Shown here: one piece after another, positions 55,301 to 64,000 of the stretch
Numbering within the stretch: position 1 is the stretch's first letter
How the letters are laid out: the number at the start of each line of letters is the position of its first letter
The notes under the pieces: generated by a model
The model's input: the letters and a program-made list of their open reading frames with translations, nothing else
Database searches by the model: none
Told to the model about the DNA's origin: nothing
Translations under genes and position numbers: made by a program
Assembly: GCA_963706575.1 (NCBI GenBank)
Contig: CAVPNL010000006.1
Span: forward strand, 32,001 to 96,000
DNA: 64,000 nt
Source of the DNA: an uncultured delta proteobacterium
GTDB taxonomy: Bacteria > Desulfobacterota > Desulfobacteria > Desulfobacterales > JAHEIW01
Direction of reading: 5' to 3'

Positions 55301-55708
55301 TTATTTTCCCATCCATCGCAACCAGATGGCCGCAGTCCATCCCCAAATGGCGTTAAACACCACCACGAACAGAGGGGTAAGCATCCCAAGATCGATTCCC
55401 ATCATGCCCTTGTTTGCTTTCATCGGGAAAACCACGAAAAGCTGCACCAGGGTCGGGCCCAGGCTGAAAATAAAACCCCGGGACCAGATGCGCGTCTTCA
55501 GCATCGGCAGAAGAAACAGGATCCCCCAGATGCCGCCCCACACCAGTCGCGGATATAGCCATGCAGCCGAAAGTTTAGGGGCAATTTTTACCCCTAGAGC
55601 CGCTGTAATTCCAAACTCTCCGAAAGCCCAAACCGCCAGACTGTTGAGCAGACCTCCCAAAACACCCGCCGCAAACACCAGACTCGTATTCCTTGCTAAG
55701 TTAGGCAT
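55301..55708 (-). CDS. Hypothetical 4-TM membrane protein
   Basis: Hydrophobic; WLYPRLVWGGIWG; AGGAGG RBS before ATG 55708. Confidence 0.75.
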   Translation of the reverse strand: MPNLARNTSLVFAAGVLGGLLNSLAVWAFGEFGITAALGVKIAPKLSAAWLYPRLVWGGIWGILFLLPMLKTRIWSRGFIFSLGPTLVQLFVVFPMKANKGMMGIDLGMLTPLFVVVFNAIWGWTAAIWLRWMGK

Positions 55709-56088
55709 CTCGATTTCCTCCTTTGCTCTGAAAACTGTTCGCAATAAAATAATCATCTTTATTGCCAAGTCCAAAAAAACAAGCTCAAAAAGTGATTAGA
55801 AGTGGTTTGAAGACCTCAGATCAGGTTTCCCGCTTGCGGGGCAACGCAGCCATTGGGTCTTGGGTAACCGCTTAGTATTTAGCGGTCGTGTTTCACATAA
55901 AAAATGCGGTGCAGCAAAATTATCGTAAATAAGCTTGCTTTTTTAAAAAAGGGTGTTATGATTTAAGTAATCAATAAAGGCCCGCTCTTAATTGGCGGGC
56001 CGGTTTCGTTCTTAAGGAAATATCCATTTGTCAAAGTGGCACCCTGAAGTATGGAACTATGAGAATTATTTGAAAGGAGGATGTCACA

Positions 56089-56289
56089 ATGGCTAGTGGA
56101 ATCGTAAAATGGTTTAACAGCAGCAAAGGCTATGGCTTTATAGAGCAGGAAGACGGCCCGGACGTATTTGTTCATCATTCAGGAATCAATGCAACCGGTT
56201 TTAAATCTCTGTATGAAGGCGACAGTGTTACGTTTGACATTGAGCAAGGCCCCAAAGGTCCTGCAGCAACCAATGTAACCGTTGCCTAA
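56089..56289 (+). CDS. csp: Cold-shock protein (CspA family)
   Basis: [28 protein letters not shown]. Confidence 0.97.
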   Translation: MASGIVKWFNSSKGYGFIEQEDGPDVFVHHSGINATGFKSLYEGDSVTFDIEQGPKGPAATNVTVA

Positions 56290-56307
56290 GCAGCTGTTTC
56301 AAAGCTA

Positions 56308-56354
56308 AAAAAAGGGCATTCCCTCAAATTGCGAGGGAATGCCCTTCTTATTTT
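56308..56354 (+). terminator. Rho-independent terminator after csp
   Basis: AAGGGCATTCCCTC-loop-GAGGGAATGCCCTT flanked by A and T tracts. Confidence 0.85.
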
Positions 56355-56478
56355 GTATAAAAGAAACTATTATTTCAGGTTCAAAAAGTTATAAGCCTTT
56401 TTGAAACTGTCGATTTTAGCGGATATCAAAAACCGCTGTCGCGCTTATCGGTCAGCCCGAATTTTGGGGCCAGGTCGA

Positions 56479-56709
56479 TCATTCCAGAATTTCAAGGACG
56501 ATGCGCCTTTTAGCCTTTCCGGATGCTGCGCTCAATATGGTACGGATCGCCTGAGCCGTCCTGCCGTGCTTGCCGATAATCTTTCCCATATCCTGCTTTG
56601 CGACTTTGAGTTCCAGTATCAACGTCTGACCACCCTCAACTTCAGTAACCGTTACCTCTTCCGGCCGGTCTACAAGTGCACGTGCAATTTCGCTGATCAA
56701 ATCTTTCAT
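56479..56709 (-). CDS. khpA: KH-domain RNA-binding protein KhpA (YlqC)
   Basis: [12 protein letters not shown]...[20 protein letters not shown]. Confidence 0.92.
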   Translation of the reverse strand: MKDLISEIARALVDRPEEVTVTEVEGGQTLILELKVAKQDMGKIIGKHGRTAQAIRTILSAASGKAKRRIVLEILE

Positions 56710-57000
56710 AGCTCCAGGTCCTTTGTTGGCTGTTAAGTATTAAGGTATCCCGAGCATCGAGGATTTATCCGGAATTCCGCTCGATTTGGTCAGGCCACAG
56801 CATACCTGAAGTCCGGTCGGATGTCAAAAGAAGAAAATTCAGGGAGAAAGATTTAACATATTAAATATCGCTAGGTTAGCCCGTAGGAATTGATTTGTAA
56901 AAAGTGATCGGGTGCTATATGCCCCAAGGCGATGGCGGTGCAGCTGGCGGGTTAAAGATTGCCCTACCGGACGTTTGCCCTAAAATGTTTATATCCGGCT

Positions 57001-57087
57001 GTAAAAGAAGGGCGGCTCATAGGAGTCGCCCGTCAAGGAGGAGAACAGATGAAGGTCTGTAGGCTGCAGATGAACACCTGTCCTTGA
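57001..57087 (-). ncRNA. Candidate small RNA (~85 nt) with its own promoter and terminator
   Basis: TTGACA (57114-57119), 16 nt, TACTTT; CAAGGA/TCCTTG-closed hairpin containing CTCCTCCTT; terminator GGGCGACTC-CTAT-GAGCCGCCC-TTCTTTT. Confidence 0.55.
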
Positions 57088-57441
57088 TTAAAAAGTAAGA
57101 CTTTGTAAGGATATGTCAAACCTAAAATGATTGATGGCTGATTCTAATCCGACGCAGGTGGATCTTCGACCTCGACAATCGCTCAATTTAGGTCATCCTT
57201 GATAAGGGCTGCTCGCGAAAGGTGCATCTTTGCGATAGGTTCTAAATCAATCGGGATAAGACCGTGATCAGCAGCAAGCATATGCCAAACCATATCAGAG
57301 AATTAAACCAGTTATTTTCTGGCAGGTCTTTTTTTTGTTTTCTTGCGGCAGACATTTTATAAGCCTTTAACTGAATGTTATCACCGGATGCAACCCGTCT
57401 GAAGCCCTTCATCGGACCTCAGACGGATTTTTAAGCCAGTA

Positions 57442-57939
57442 TTAGCGCGGTTTTCGCATGAGCGTCTGAGCCTGTTCCTGGGTGATGGTGCCATCTTCAA
57501 TACCTTTTTCAATCAGCTGACTCATAAGCTCTCGTCGTTTGGAGCGGTTTTCCATTTTTGTGAGAATGTCTTCTTCCTGCTCCGGCGTAATGGTTTTATT
57601 TAAAGCAGCCTGTTTAACCTGTTCTCTGAATTTAACCTGCATCACGCTGCGAAACGCCTGCCGGTCAATGTTTAGCTTTTGCATTACAGTGTGCATGCGC
57701 TGATCTTTGAGTTTGGCTTGAACGGCTTCCGCCGATTGCCCCGTCATCTCTGAAAGGGTCTGAACCATCAGGTTTTTTTGCTGATATTTTGCCAGCAGCA
57801 TTAGGCCGCCTGCTTTATGGCGGTGTTTAGATCCGAAACCCCTGCGATCACCTGCTCCTTGATTGTCCGCAAGCGCCAATCCGGAAAGAATGATACCCAC
57901 TACCAGAACGCAACTGATGATGATGTGTTTTGTTTTCAT
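57442..57939 (-). CDS. Exported helical protein divergent from baeSR (Spy/CpxP-like role suspected)
   Basis: Signal peptide ending ALA-DN; duplicated TIT(P/Q)EQ motif; AAGGAG RBS before ATG 57939. Confidence 0.7.
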   Translation of the reverse strand: MKTKHIIISCVLVVGIILSGLALADNQGAGDRRGFGSKHRHKAGGLMLLAKYQQKNLMVQTLSEMTGQSAEAVQAKLKDQRMHTVMQKLNIDRQAFRSVMQVKFREQVKQAALNKTITPEQEEDILTKMENRSKRRELMSQLIEKGIEDGTITQEQAQTLMRKPR

Positions 57940-58020
57940 GATAATCTCCTTACGGTTTGTTTTAAGATTTTGCATTGTAACCAGACGATATGTGTACACT
58001 GTGTTTAAGCTAACAATTAA

Positions 58021-58183
58021 TTGTGTTGGAAATATGAAGAAAAATTGGGGAGATTGTAGAGATTGTGCCACCGGGATTTTTAAACCGACAGCACATTCGC
58101 CCCTAAAAAATGGTGCGGTTTAATTACATCATAGGAATCGATTGTGGAGAAAATATGAAGAACCGATGGGAAGATCATGAAGG
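58021..58183. promoter_or_regulatory. Direct-repeat OmpR-family (BaeR-like) binding sites
   Basis: TTGTG.....AAATATGAAGAA...TGGG.AGAT occurs at 58021 and 58142. Confidence 0.55.
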
Positions 58184-58265
58184 AAGCAGTATTGTTTTGA
58201 AATCGGTCTTAAAGTATTATAGTAATTTATAAAACAACACGGAAACGCTATTTGAAAAAAAGACG

Positions 58266-59723
58266 ATGAATTTCAAACTTTCTTATAAAATTTTTGTGGC
58301 CTTTACCTTAACCGCGTTTTTGGTTGTGGCCCTTATGGTTGGACTCATAAGGTTTTATGTTGCCCGCAATTTTGCAGATTACGCCAACAAAGCGCTGCTG
58401 GAAAGATACAGCGATGTCTCAGCAGCTCTGGCCACCGAATATCAAACCCACAAGGGCTGGCAGGCGCTCAAGGATAACCCCAGACGCTGGCAGCAAATAT
58501 TGCGGTCCAGTCTGCCGCGAAAAGTTTTTGCCAATCGCAAACAACCGCCACGACCGCGCGAAATTGAAAACAAAGGATCCGGCAGCAGTGATCCAGGCAT
58601 GCTTACCCCGAGGCCTGCCAGACGAATTGAGAGACTGACCCGCAGGCTGGTGCTTTTTGATGCGGATAAACAGCACATTGCCGGCGGGCGTGCCGGGGTT
58701 TCCTATGACGGCTACACGCTGCAGGCGATTGCCATCGACGGCAAAACCGTGGGCTGGTTCGGTCTTCATAAAAAAGAACACCTGGCCAACCCGCTGGCGG
58801 TTGGATTCTTAAAACAACAATCCCAGATTCTTTATATTATTGGCGGCGGTATCTTGCTGCTGGCGGCAATAGTGGCGTTTCTTTTGTCGAAACACCTTCT
58901 GGCGCCTGTCCGCAAGCTCACAGCCGGGACACAGGCTCTGGCGTCGCGTCAGTTTGATACCCGTATCGAGGTTGAGTCCCAGGATGAACTGGGCCAGCTG
59001 GCCGCTGATTTTAATGCCATGGCGCAAACTCTGGGAAAATATGAACGCATGCGTCGGCAGTGGATTTCCGATATTGCACATGAGCTCAGGACGCCGCTGT
59101 CGATTCTGCGCGGCGAGATCGAAGCGCTGAAAGACGGGGTCAGAGAGATCAACCGCGATGCCCTGGACTCGCTGTATTCGGAAGCCTGCCATCTGAGCAA
59201 AATCGTAAACGATCTTCACGAACTGTCTCTGGCCGATGCCGGGGTGTTGTCCATTAACAAAGTGCCGGTTGATCCCGTGGCGGTTTTAAATGAGACCCTC
59301 GGCCATTTCAAACAGAGCTTCGCTGAGAATCAGATTGGAATTGAAAACAACCTGGAAAATCAATCCTCGGTTTCCATTATCGGCGATGCCGACCGCTTGA
59401 AACAGCTCTTTTCCAACCTGATGGAAAACACCCTGCGGTACGCAGATGCTCCCGGCACCTTGAAGATCGGGCAGGGGCGCGCCGAAAACCGATTGATTTT
59501 GTTTTTCGAAGATTCCGGACCCGGTGTTCCCGAGGAAGCCTTGGACCACCTGTTTGACCGGCTGTATCGGCTGGATCGTTCAAGAAGCCGCACCCGGGAA
59601 GGCGGCAGTGGGTTGGGCCTGAGTATCTGCAAGAGCATCGCAAAGGCCCTCGGCGGAGAAATTCGTGCCGTCAATGCGCATTCAGGCGGGCTTCGAATTG
59701 AAATCGAGCTGCCTCTTGCTTGA
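58266..59723 (+). CDS. baeS: BaeS-like sensor histidine kinase (HAMP)
   Basis: DELGQLAADFN, SDIAHELRTPL.ILRGEIEA, QLFSNLMENTLRY, LFDRLYR...GGSGLGLSIC. Confidence 0.85.
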   Translation: MNFKLSYKIFVAFTLTAFLVVALMVGLIRFYVARNFADYANKALLERYSDVSAALATEYQTHKGWQALKDNPRRWQQILRSSLPRKVFANRKQPPRPREIENKGSGSSDPGMLTPRPARRIERLTRRLVLFDADKQHIAGGRAGVSYDGYTLQAIAIDGKTVGWFGLHKKEHLANPLAVGFLKQQSQILYIIGGGILLLAAIVAFLLSKHLLAPVRKLTAGTQALASRQFDTRIEVESQDELGQLAADFNAMAQTLGKYERMRRQWISDIAHELRTPLSILRGEIEALKDGVREINRDALDSLYSEACHLSKIVNDLHELSLADAGVLSINKVPVDPVAVLNETLGHFKQSFAENQIGIENNLENQSSVSIIGDADRLKQLFSNLMENTLRYADAPGTLKIGQGRAENRLILFFEDSGPGVPEEALDHLFDRLYRLDRSRSRTREGGSGLGLSICKSIAKALGGEIRAVNAHSGGLRIEIELPLA

Positions 59724-59805
59724 TACTATAAGTTATCTCAAAAATGTATAAAAGTAAGTGAGCTAAAGAAAAAACAGCTTCCCATTAACCTGGAAGACTC
59801 TAACC

Positions 59806-60495
59806 ATGACTAGCAAACACATTCTTGTTGTCGAAGACGAAGAGAAAATTACACGCTTGATTTGCGACTACTTGAAGGAGGCCGGTTTTCGGACCGCTTC
59901 TCAGGACAATGGTGACCGCGTTATTGCTCAGATTAAAAACGATCCGCCGGATTTGATTTTATTGGATATCATGCTGCCGGGCAAAGATGGGATGGAATTA
60001 TGCCGGGAGATCCGGCAGTTTTCCAATGTACCCATCATCATGATCACCGCCCGGGTGGAAGAAATCGACCGGTTGCTGGGTCTGGAGTTGGGCGCCGACG
60101 ATTATATCTGTAAACCATTCAGCCCCCGGGAAGTGGTTGCCCGGGTCAAGGCGCTATTCAGAAGGGTGCACCCCGAACCCCGAGAGGATCGTCTGGTTGT
60201 CGGTTCGATTTCGCTGGACGATGAAACCCATCAGGTGATGATCGAAAAAAAAGTGTTGAATCTGACGCCCAATGAGTTCGGGCTTTTAAAAATCATGATG
60301 AGCCGGCCCAATCGCGTGTTTTCCAGAAATGAGCTCATTAGCCGAGTTCAGGGGTATGACTTTGAAGGCTATGACCGCACCATCGACACTCACATAAAAA
60401 ATTTACGGAAAAAAATTGCGCAACGGCTTCCCAAACAGGAAATTATCAGCACTGTTTATGGTGTCGGGTACAAGTTCAAGGCGCCGCTCGACTGA
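59806..60495 (+). CDS. baeR: BaeR-like OmpR family response regulator
   Basis: ILVVEDE, LLDIMLP, TARVEEIDRLLGLELGADDYICKPFSPREVVAR, DRTIDTHIKNLR. Confidence 0.88.
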   Translation: MTSKHILVVEDEEKITRLICDYLKEAGFRTASQDNGDRVIAQIKNDPPDLILLDIMLPGKDGMELCREIRQFSNVPIIMITARVEEIDRLLGLELGADDYICKPFSPREVVARVKALFRRVHPEPREDRLVVGSISLDDETHQVMIEKKVLNLTPNEFGLLKIMMSRPNRVFSRNELISRVQGYDFEGYDRTIDTHIKNLRKKIAQRLPKQEIISTVYGVGYKFKAPLD

Positions 60496-60613
60496 TCTTG
60501 TACTCGCAAGAAAATTATCGTATTAAAAAATAATGATATCACCAAGGTTCATTTGAACGTTTCCAGGCTGCAGAAATAAATCATGTCCGGCAAACTATTT
60601 TTAAGGAGTGCTT

Positions 60614-61585
60614 ATGCGAAACCTGGCTTTAGTCCTGACACTTTTGGGCGCCCTTCTCTTCTCATGGCCAATCGCCCTTGCTGCCGACCCCGCAGAAAAA
60701 TCCGAGGGCTTCAGCGGCAGGATTTCAGCCGGCGCCGGATTTATGACCAGTACAGATCAGCTTAAAACAACGGATGAGAATAAAAGGATCGATTCCTTAA
60801 GCGGCGCTGCGGATTGGTACGACAAATTCATGCCGCTGCCACTGTTTAACCTGCGTTACACCTTTGCAGAATCGGGCAGGCAGGTCTATTTTGGAACCCC
60901 TCCAGAACTCTCCGGTCCGCCGGGGCTTTCGCTGGGTTTTGTTCAACCCTTCTCAGATGGCAGCAAATTGGACCTGTCTGTTTTTACCCATTTATTTTCA
61001 GAAGTCTGGCGGGATCCTTACCTGACCAACACCGGCCGTAAAGAATCCCGGGAGTACAACTACGGCACCCGTATCGCGTACGACAAGATTCTCGGCACCG
61101 GCTTTAAGCTCTCATACGCATTTTCCCGCGTGGACGTTAATGTGGATGATATCGGTGATCGATTCAATGACCTGGAACGCGATGGCTACATGCATAACGC
61201 CGAAGTCGAATATGACTTTCGGCTGAGCCAGTCCATGTCGCTGGTTCCGGGCTTTGAATTGTCCATCGGTGACATAGACGGTGAAGCCAATGCCTACACC
61301 GGATATAAGTTGGGACTGGGCTTTCGCAAGTATTCAAAATCATACCAGCTCAGGTTGAAAGCAGCGATCGGCTGGGATGACTACGATGATACCCACCCTG
61401 TTTTTAACAAAACCCGCAATGATACAAATTATTCCGTTTTTGGGATGTTCACCCGCTCTGATCTTTTCGGGAAGGACTACCTTTTCGGAACCTTGATGGC
61501 AGGATACCGCTATCGGGACTCTAACATCGGCTTCCTGGAAGCACAAACTTTTCTGAGTGGCGCGATGATCGGGGTTGAGTTTTAA
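60614..61585 (+). CDS. Outer-membrane beta-barrel protein (DUF2860-like)
   Basis: Signal peptide; EVWRDPY; YDDTHPVFNKTR; C-terminal Phe. Confidence 0.75.
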   Translation: MRNLALVLTLLGALLFSWPIALAADPAEKSEGFSGRISAGAGFMTSTDQLKTTDENKRIDSLSGAADWYDKFMPLPLFNLRYTFAESGRQVYFGTPPELSGPPGLSLGFVQPFSDGSKLDLSVFTHLFSEVWRDPYLTNTGRKESREYNYGTRIAYDKILGTGFKLSYAFSRVDVNVDDIGDRFNDLERDGYMHNAEVEYDFRLSQSMSLVPGFELSIGDIDGEANAYTGYKLGLGFRKYSKSYQLRLKAAIGWDDYDDTHPVFNKTRNDTNYSVFGMFTRSDLFGKDYLFGTLMAGYRYRDSNIGFLEAQTFLSGAMIGVEF

Positions 61586-61683
61586 AGCGTAAAATTCGCG
61601 CGTAAAAATTTCGCGACAGCTTCCCGGCCAGGAAATCATCAGCACGGTTTACCGTGTCGGGTAATAGTTAACTGGAGGAGAAC

Positions 61684-62103
61684 ATGAAAGACACCTTAAA
61701 ACCCGGCCTGACCTATCAGTTTAACTATGAGGTTCCGGAAGATAAAACCGTTCCGTTTCTTTACCCTGAAGCACCGGAATTGCAGCAAATGCCAAAAGTT
61801 CTGGCCACCGGGTTTATGGTGGGCCTGTTTGAATGGACCTGCATCCAGGCCATCAACCCGCACATCGACTGGCCCGACGAGCAAACCGTGGGCATCGGGA
61901 TAAACCTGAATCATCTGGCCGCAACACCGCCGGGTCTGACCGTTAACGTGGAGGTTAAACTGGAAGAAGTGGACGGAAGAAGGCTGGTCTTTTCAATTGT
62001 GGCCGACGACGGCATCGACATCATTTCCAAAGGAACCCATGAACGGTTCATCATCGATGCCGCTAAATTTAATAGGAAGGTCGCAGAAAAAGTGAACAAA
62101 TGA
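61684..62103 (+). CDS. Fluoroacetyl-CoA thioesterase (FlK)-like hotdog thioesterase
   Basis: VLATGFMVGLFEWTC, TVG, HLAATPPG, GTHER. Confidence 0.88.
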   Translation: MKDTLKPGLTYQFNYEVPEDKTVPFLYPEAPELQQMPKVLATGFMVGLFEWTCIQAINPHIDWPDEQTVGIGINLNHLAATPPGLTVNVEVKLEEVDGRRLVFSIVADDGIDIISKGTHERFIIDAAKFNRKVAEKVNK

Positions 62104-62202
62104 GCTGCATCTTAAATGATCATATATATTCGCCATATCTACAAGATGCACCACGATTAGCGGTAAAGTGTGAAAAAAAAATAGATTTTATGTTTGCACC
62201 GG

Positions 62203-62682
62203 TTACCGCCAAGCTTCAATCAACTCAAAATGATAAAAGACAAGCTTCCATTGACCATTTGTTTTTACCCATGTGGAAGACCATCGTTTTTTAGCAGATA
62301 CCCACGGGTACTCTTTGTGTTTCCTTGAGATTTTGTAATTCCCGCAAGCGATACCAGTTTTGCCAATCACACCTGCTTGCGAGGTCACAAAATTGAAATC
62401 GTAGTATTCATACTGAGATAGCAATTCTTTCAACTGCTGTTTCCAGAGTTCCTTATCAATGATTTTATGATTCGTAATGTATTCATACCTGAATGTAAAT
62501 CCAAAAGCGTCTGCTTCGATATCGGCAATAATGTCGACATCCCAATGAACCAAAGAATCATTATATCGTTTAACTGCTGCTTTAAATTCCTCCAAGTCGT
62601 CGGCGCGGGCAATAGAAGTGTTCATCGCCAAAGCTAGCATCAACAAAAGAATAAGTGGCATAAAAACATTTGGTTTCATCAT
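62203..62682 (-). CDS. Exported NTF2-like (DUF4440-type) protein
   Basis: Signal peptide; R.SSTWVKTNGQWKLVFYH. Confidence 0.75.
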   Translation of the reverse strand: MMKPNVFMPLILLLMLALAMNTSIARADDLEEFKAAVKRYNDSLVHWDVDIIADIEADAFGFTFRYEYITNHKIIDKELWKQQLKELLSQYEYYDFNFVTSQAGVIGKTGIACGNYKISRKHKEYPWVSAKKRWSSTWVKTNGQWKLVFYHFELIEAWR

Positions 62683-62951
62683 TTCCTCCTTTTGTTTTGT
62701 TTATAACAAACTCTGAAATGGTTATCTTTCGGTATCATTTCAGCGCAGAAGGAAAATTATAGCTACGGGAATTCAGATTGACTGGCAGCAATAAGCAGGG
62801 AGATTCCGATATCTGAATGAAATACGGCGTGAGAGTGTGCGATAGATGATATCCTCTCACATAAATATAGATGCATATAATTGTCAAGAAATATACCTTA
62901 TCGGTGCCGCCAAATTTAATGCCGGGGTAGCTGACAAAAGAAATTAGGAAA

Positions 62952-64000
62952 TCACCCCTTTTCCTGGAAAAACCAGGATTTCAGTCGAGCAGGCCAATAT
63001 CGGGGGCTGCGCAGTTTTTTCCAGGAGAGTTTGGCCAGGGTCATCTGCTCATCATCTAGCGCCACTTCCCCGTAAACAACCAAGTTGAAGGCCTCGACGA
63101 TTCCTCCTATCTCTCCAGTGAGAGACGGGAACTGCTTTTTGAGGCGTGAACCATATTCGGCAGGGGTCTCGCTCAAAAGATGCGGCAGACCGCTAAGGCG
63201 CCCCCACTGCAGAAAGGCACGGTAGAGCTGAACTGCATCCTGGTAACCCTTTAGCCTTTGAACCGCTCTTTTCAAGCCCATACCAAGGGCCGCCCACAGC
63301 CTTTGAACCCACCATAACGCCAGTTGCCAATGAATGTATTTTCTTTCTTCTTTAGACGTCTTCGAGAATAGCCAGCGCAGCAGGTACCACGCACCAACCA
63401 CGCAAAGAAAGAGGCCCATCAACAGCACCAGGCCTAAAACCCCTCCTCCCAAGATTTTCTGGATCGGCTCACTAAACCAGCTGCTTTCACCGAGAGGGAT
63501 GTACTCCGCCTCACCCTGGCCGGTCGCGGGAAAGGACAGCTCTTCCTGCGGCAGGTTGCCAAATAAAAAAAGCAACACCCGCTCCAAAACAGGGAGCAAC
63601 GGCCCGGCTGCTGATTTCAATACCGTATGACCTGCCTGGGCAGCAGCACTTAGGTAGGTCATGAAAAACAATACCAGGCCGGCCCCAAAGGCAAGAACCA
63701 CCACGGTAAAGCTTAGTAGCATCCCAACTCCCCGATAGCCCGCAAGGAAATGCCTGCGTGTACTGCTTCTGTTTCTGGCCAGGCCGACAGCCAAAAGGCT
63801 GAAGATAAAAAATGGAAACAGCAGGAGCGCCGGTGCGGGATCCCTTACCTCGACCCCCCATTTTACCAGCAAAATCGATTTTAATACAAAAAGACAAAAG
63901 AAGGCGGCCACTCCGTAATCGAAACGGAGACATATGGAGAGGTACGCAGTTGACCTTCTGGACAAGGCCACGCCTGCCAGCCAAAAAACCAACGCAAAGA
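62952..64000 (-). CDS. DUF4129 domain membrane protein (5' end outside window)
   Basis: Multiple TMs; C-terminal LY..FL.WG..SG....SETPAEY...F....YG. Confidence 0.8.
   Translation of the reverse strand, partial: FALVFWLAGVALSRRSTAYLSICLRFDYGVAAFFCLFVLKSILLVKWGVEVRDPAPALLLFPFFIFSLLAVGLARNRSSTRRHFLAGYRGVGMLLSFTVVVLAFGAGLVLFFMTYLSAAAQAGHTVLKSAAGPLLPVLERVLLFLFGNLPQEELSFPATGQGEAEYIPLGESSWFSEPIQKILGGGVLGLVLLMGLFLCVVGAWYLLRWLFSKTSKEERKYIHWQLALWWVQRLWAALGMGLKRAVQRLKGYQDAVQLYRAFLQWGRLSGLPHLLSETPAEYGSRLKKQFPSLTGEIGGIVEAFNLVVYGEVALDDEQMTLAKLSWKKLRSPRYWPARLKSWFFQEKG

Noticed and set aside
55822..55872. GC-rich intergenic structure upstream of the csp promoter
   Set aside because: Only one copy in the window and no recognisable RNA family; cannot be supported
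57274..57289. Sigma-54-like TGGCAT…TTGC on the minus strand
   Set aside because: The GG-to-GC spacing is one base short of the strict -24/-12 requirement
1..64000. CRISPR array, rRNA, tRNA, integrase, transposase or reverse transcriptase
   Set aside because: I recognised no spacer-separated direct repeats, cloverleafs or catalytic motifs; the repeats found are short-period inverted elements

Overview
This is a 64 kb chromosomal-looking window from an anaerobic Desulfobacterota-like bacterium (inferred from gene content and regulatory motifs). I found no rRNA, tRNA, CRISPR array, transposase or integrase. It carries signalling genes (hybrid PAS kinase, BaeSR-like two-component pair, PAS-PP2C phosphatase, three zinc-ribbon/class III cyclase/STAND-ATPase/TPR paralogues, one multiply frameshifted) and an amino-acid/organic-acid catabolic cluster (PrpD, APC-RCK permease, IlvD, Leu/Phe/Val dehydrogenase, DUF362, M20 hydrolase). 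It also carries motAB, pyrB, a MATE pump, ogt, csp, khpA, an arsR-arsM cluster and many small ORFs, repeats and sRNA-like structures. The strongest hidden feature is at 7024-7770. The ORF track splits it into pieces, but it reads as one 248-aa MerB (organomercurial lyase)-like protein. Both catalytic cysteine positions are in-frame UGA codons, and each is followed by a bacterial SECIS-like hairpin, so it is a candidate double-selenocysteine lyase outside any mer operon. Other notable signals: (1) a conserved promoter + NrdR-box-like + zinc-ribbon 5' cassette shared by all three cyclase-STAND genes, which differ at their nucleotide-specificity residues; (2) an internal Shine-Dalgarno/ATG that could release a soluble RCK module from the APC permease; (3) an unannotated ArsR-controlled CGCGC micropeptide; (4) a Tat-signal rubrerythrin with altered iron ligands. 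All family assignments come from motif recognition by eye, not from database searches.
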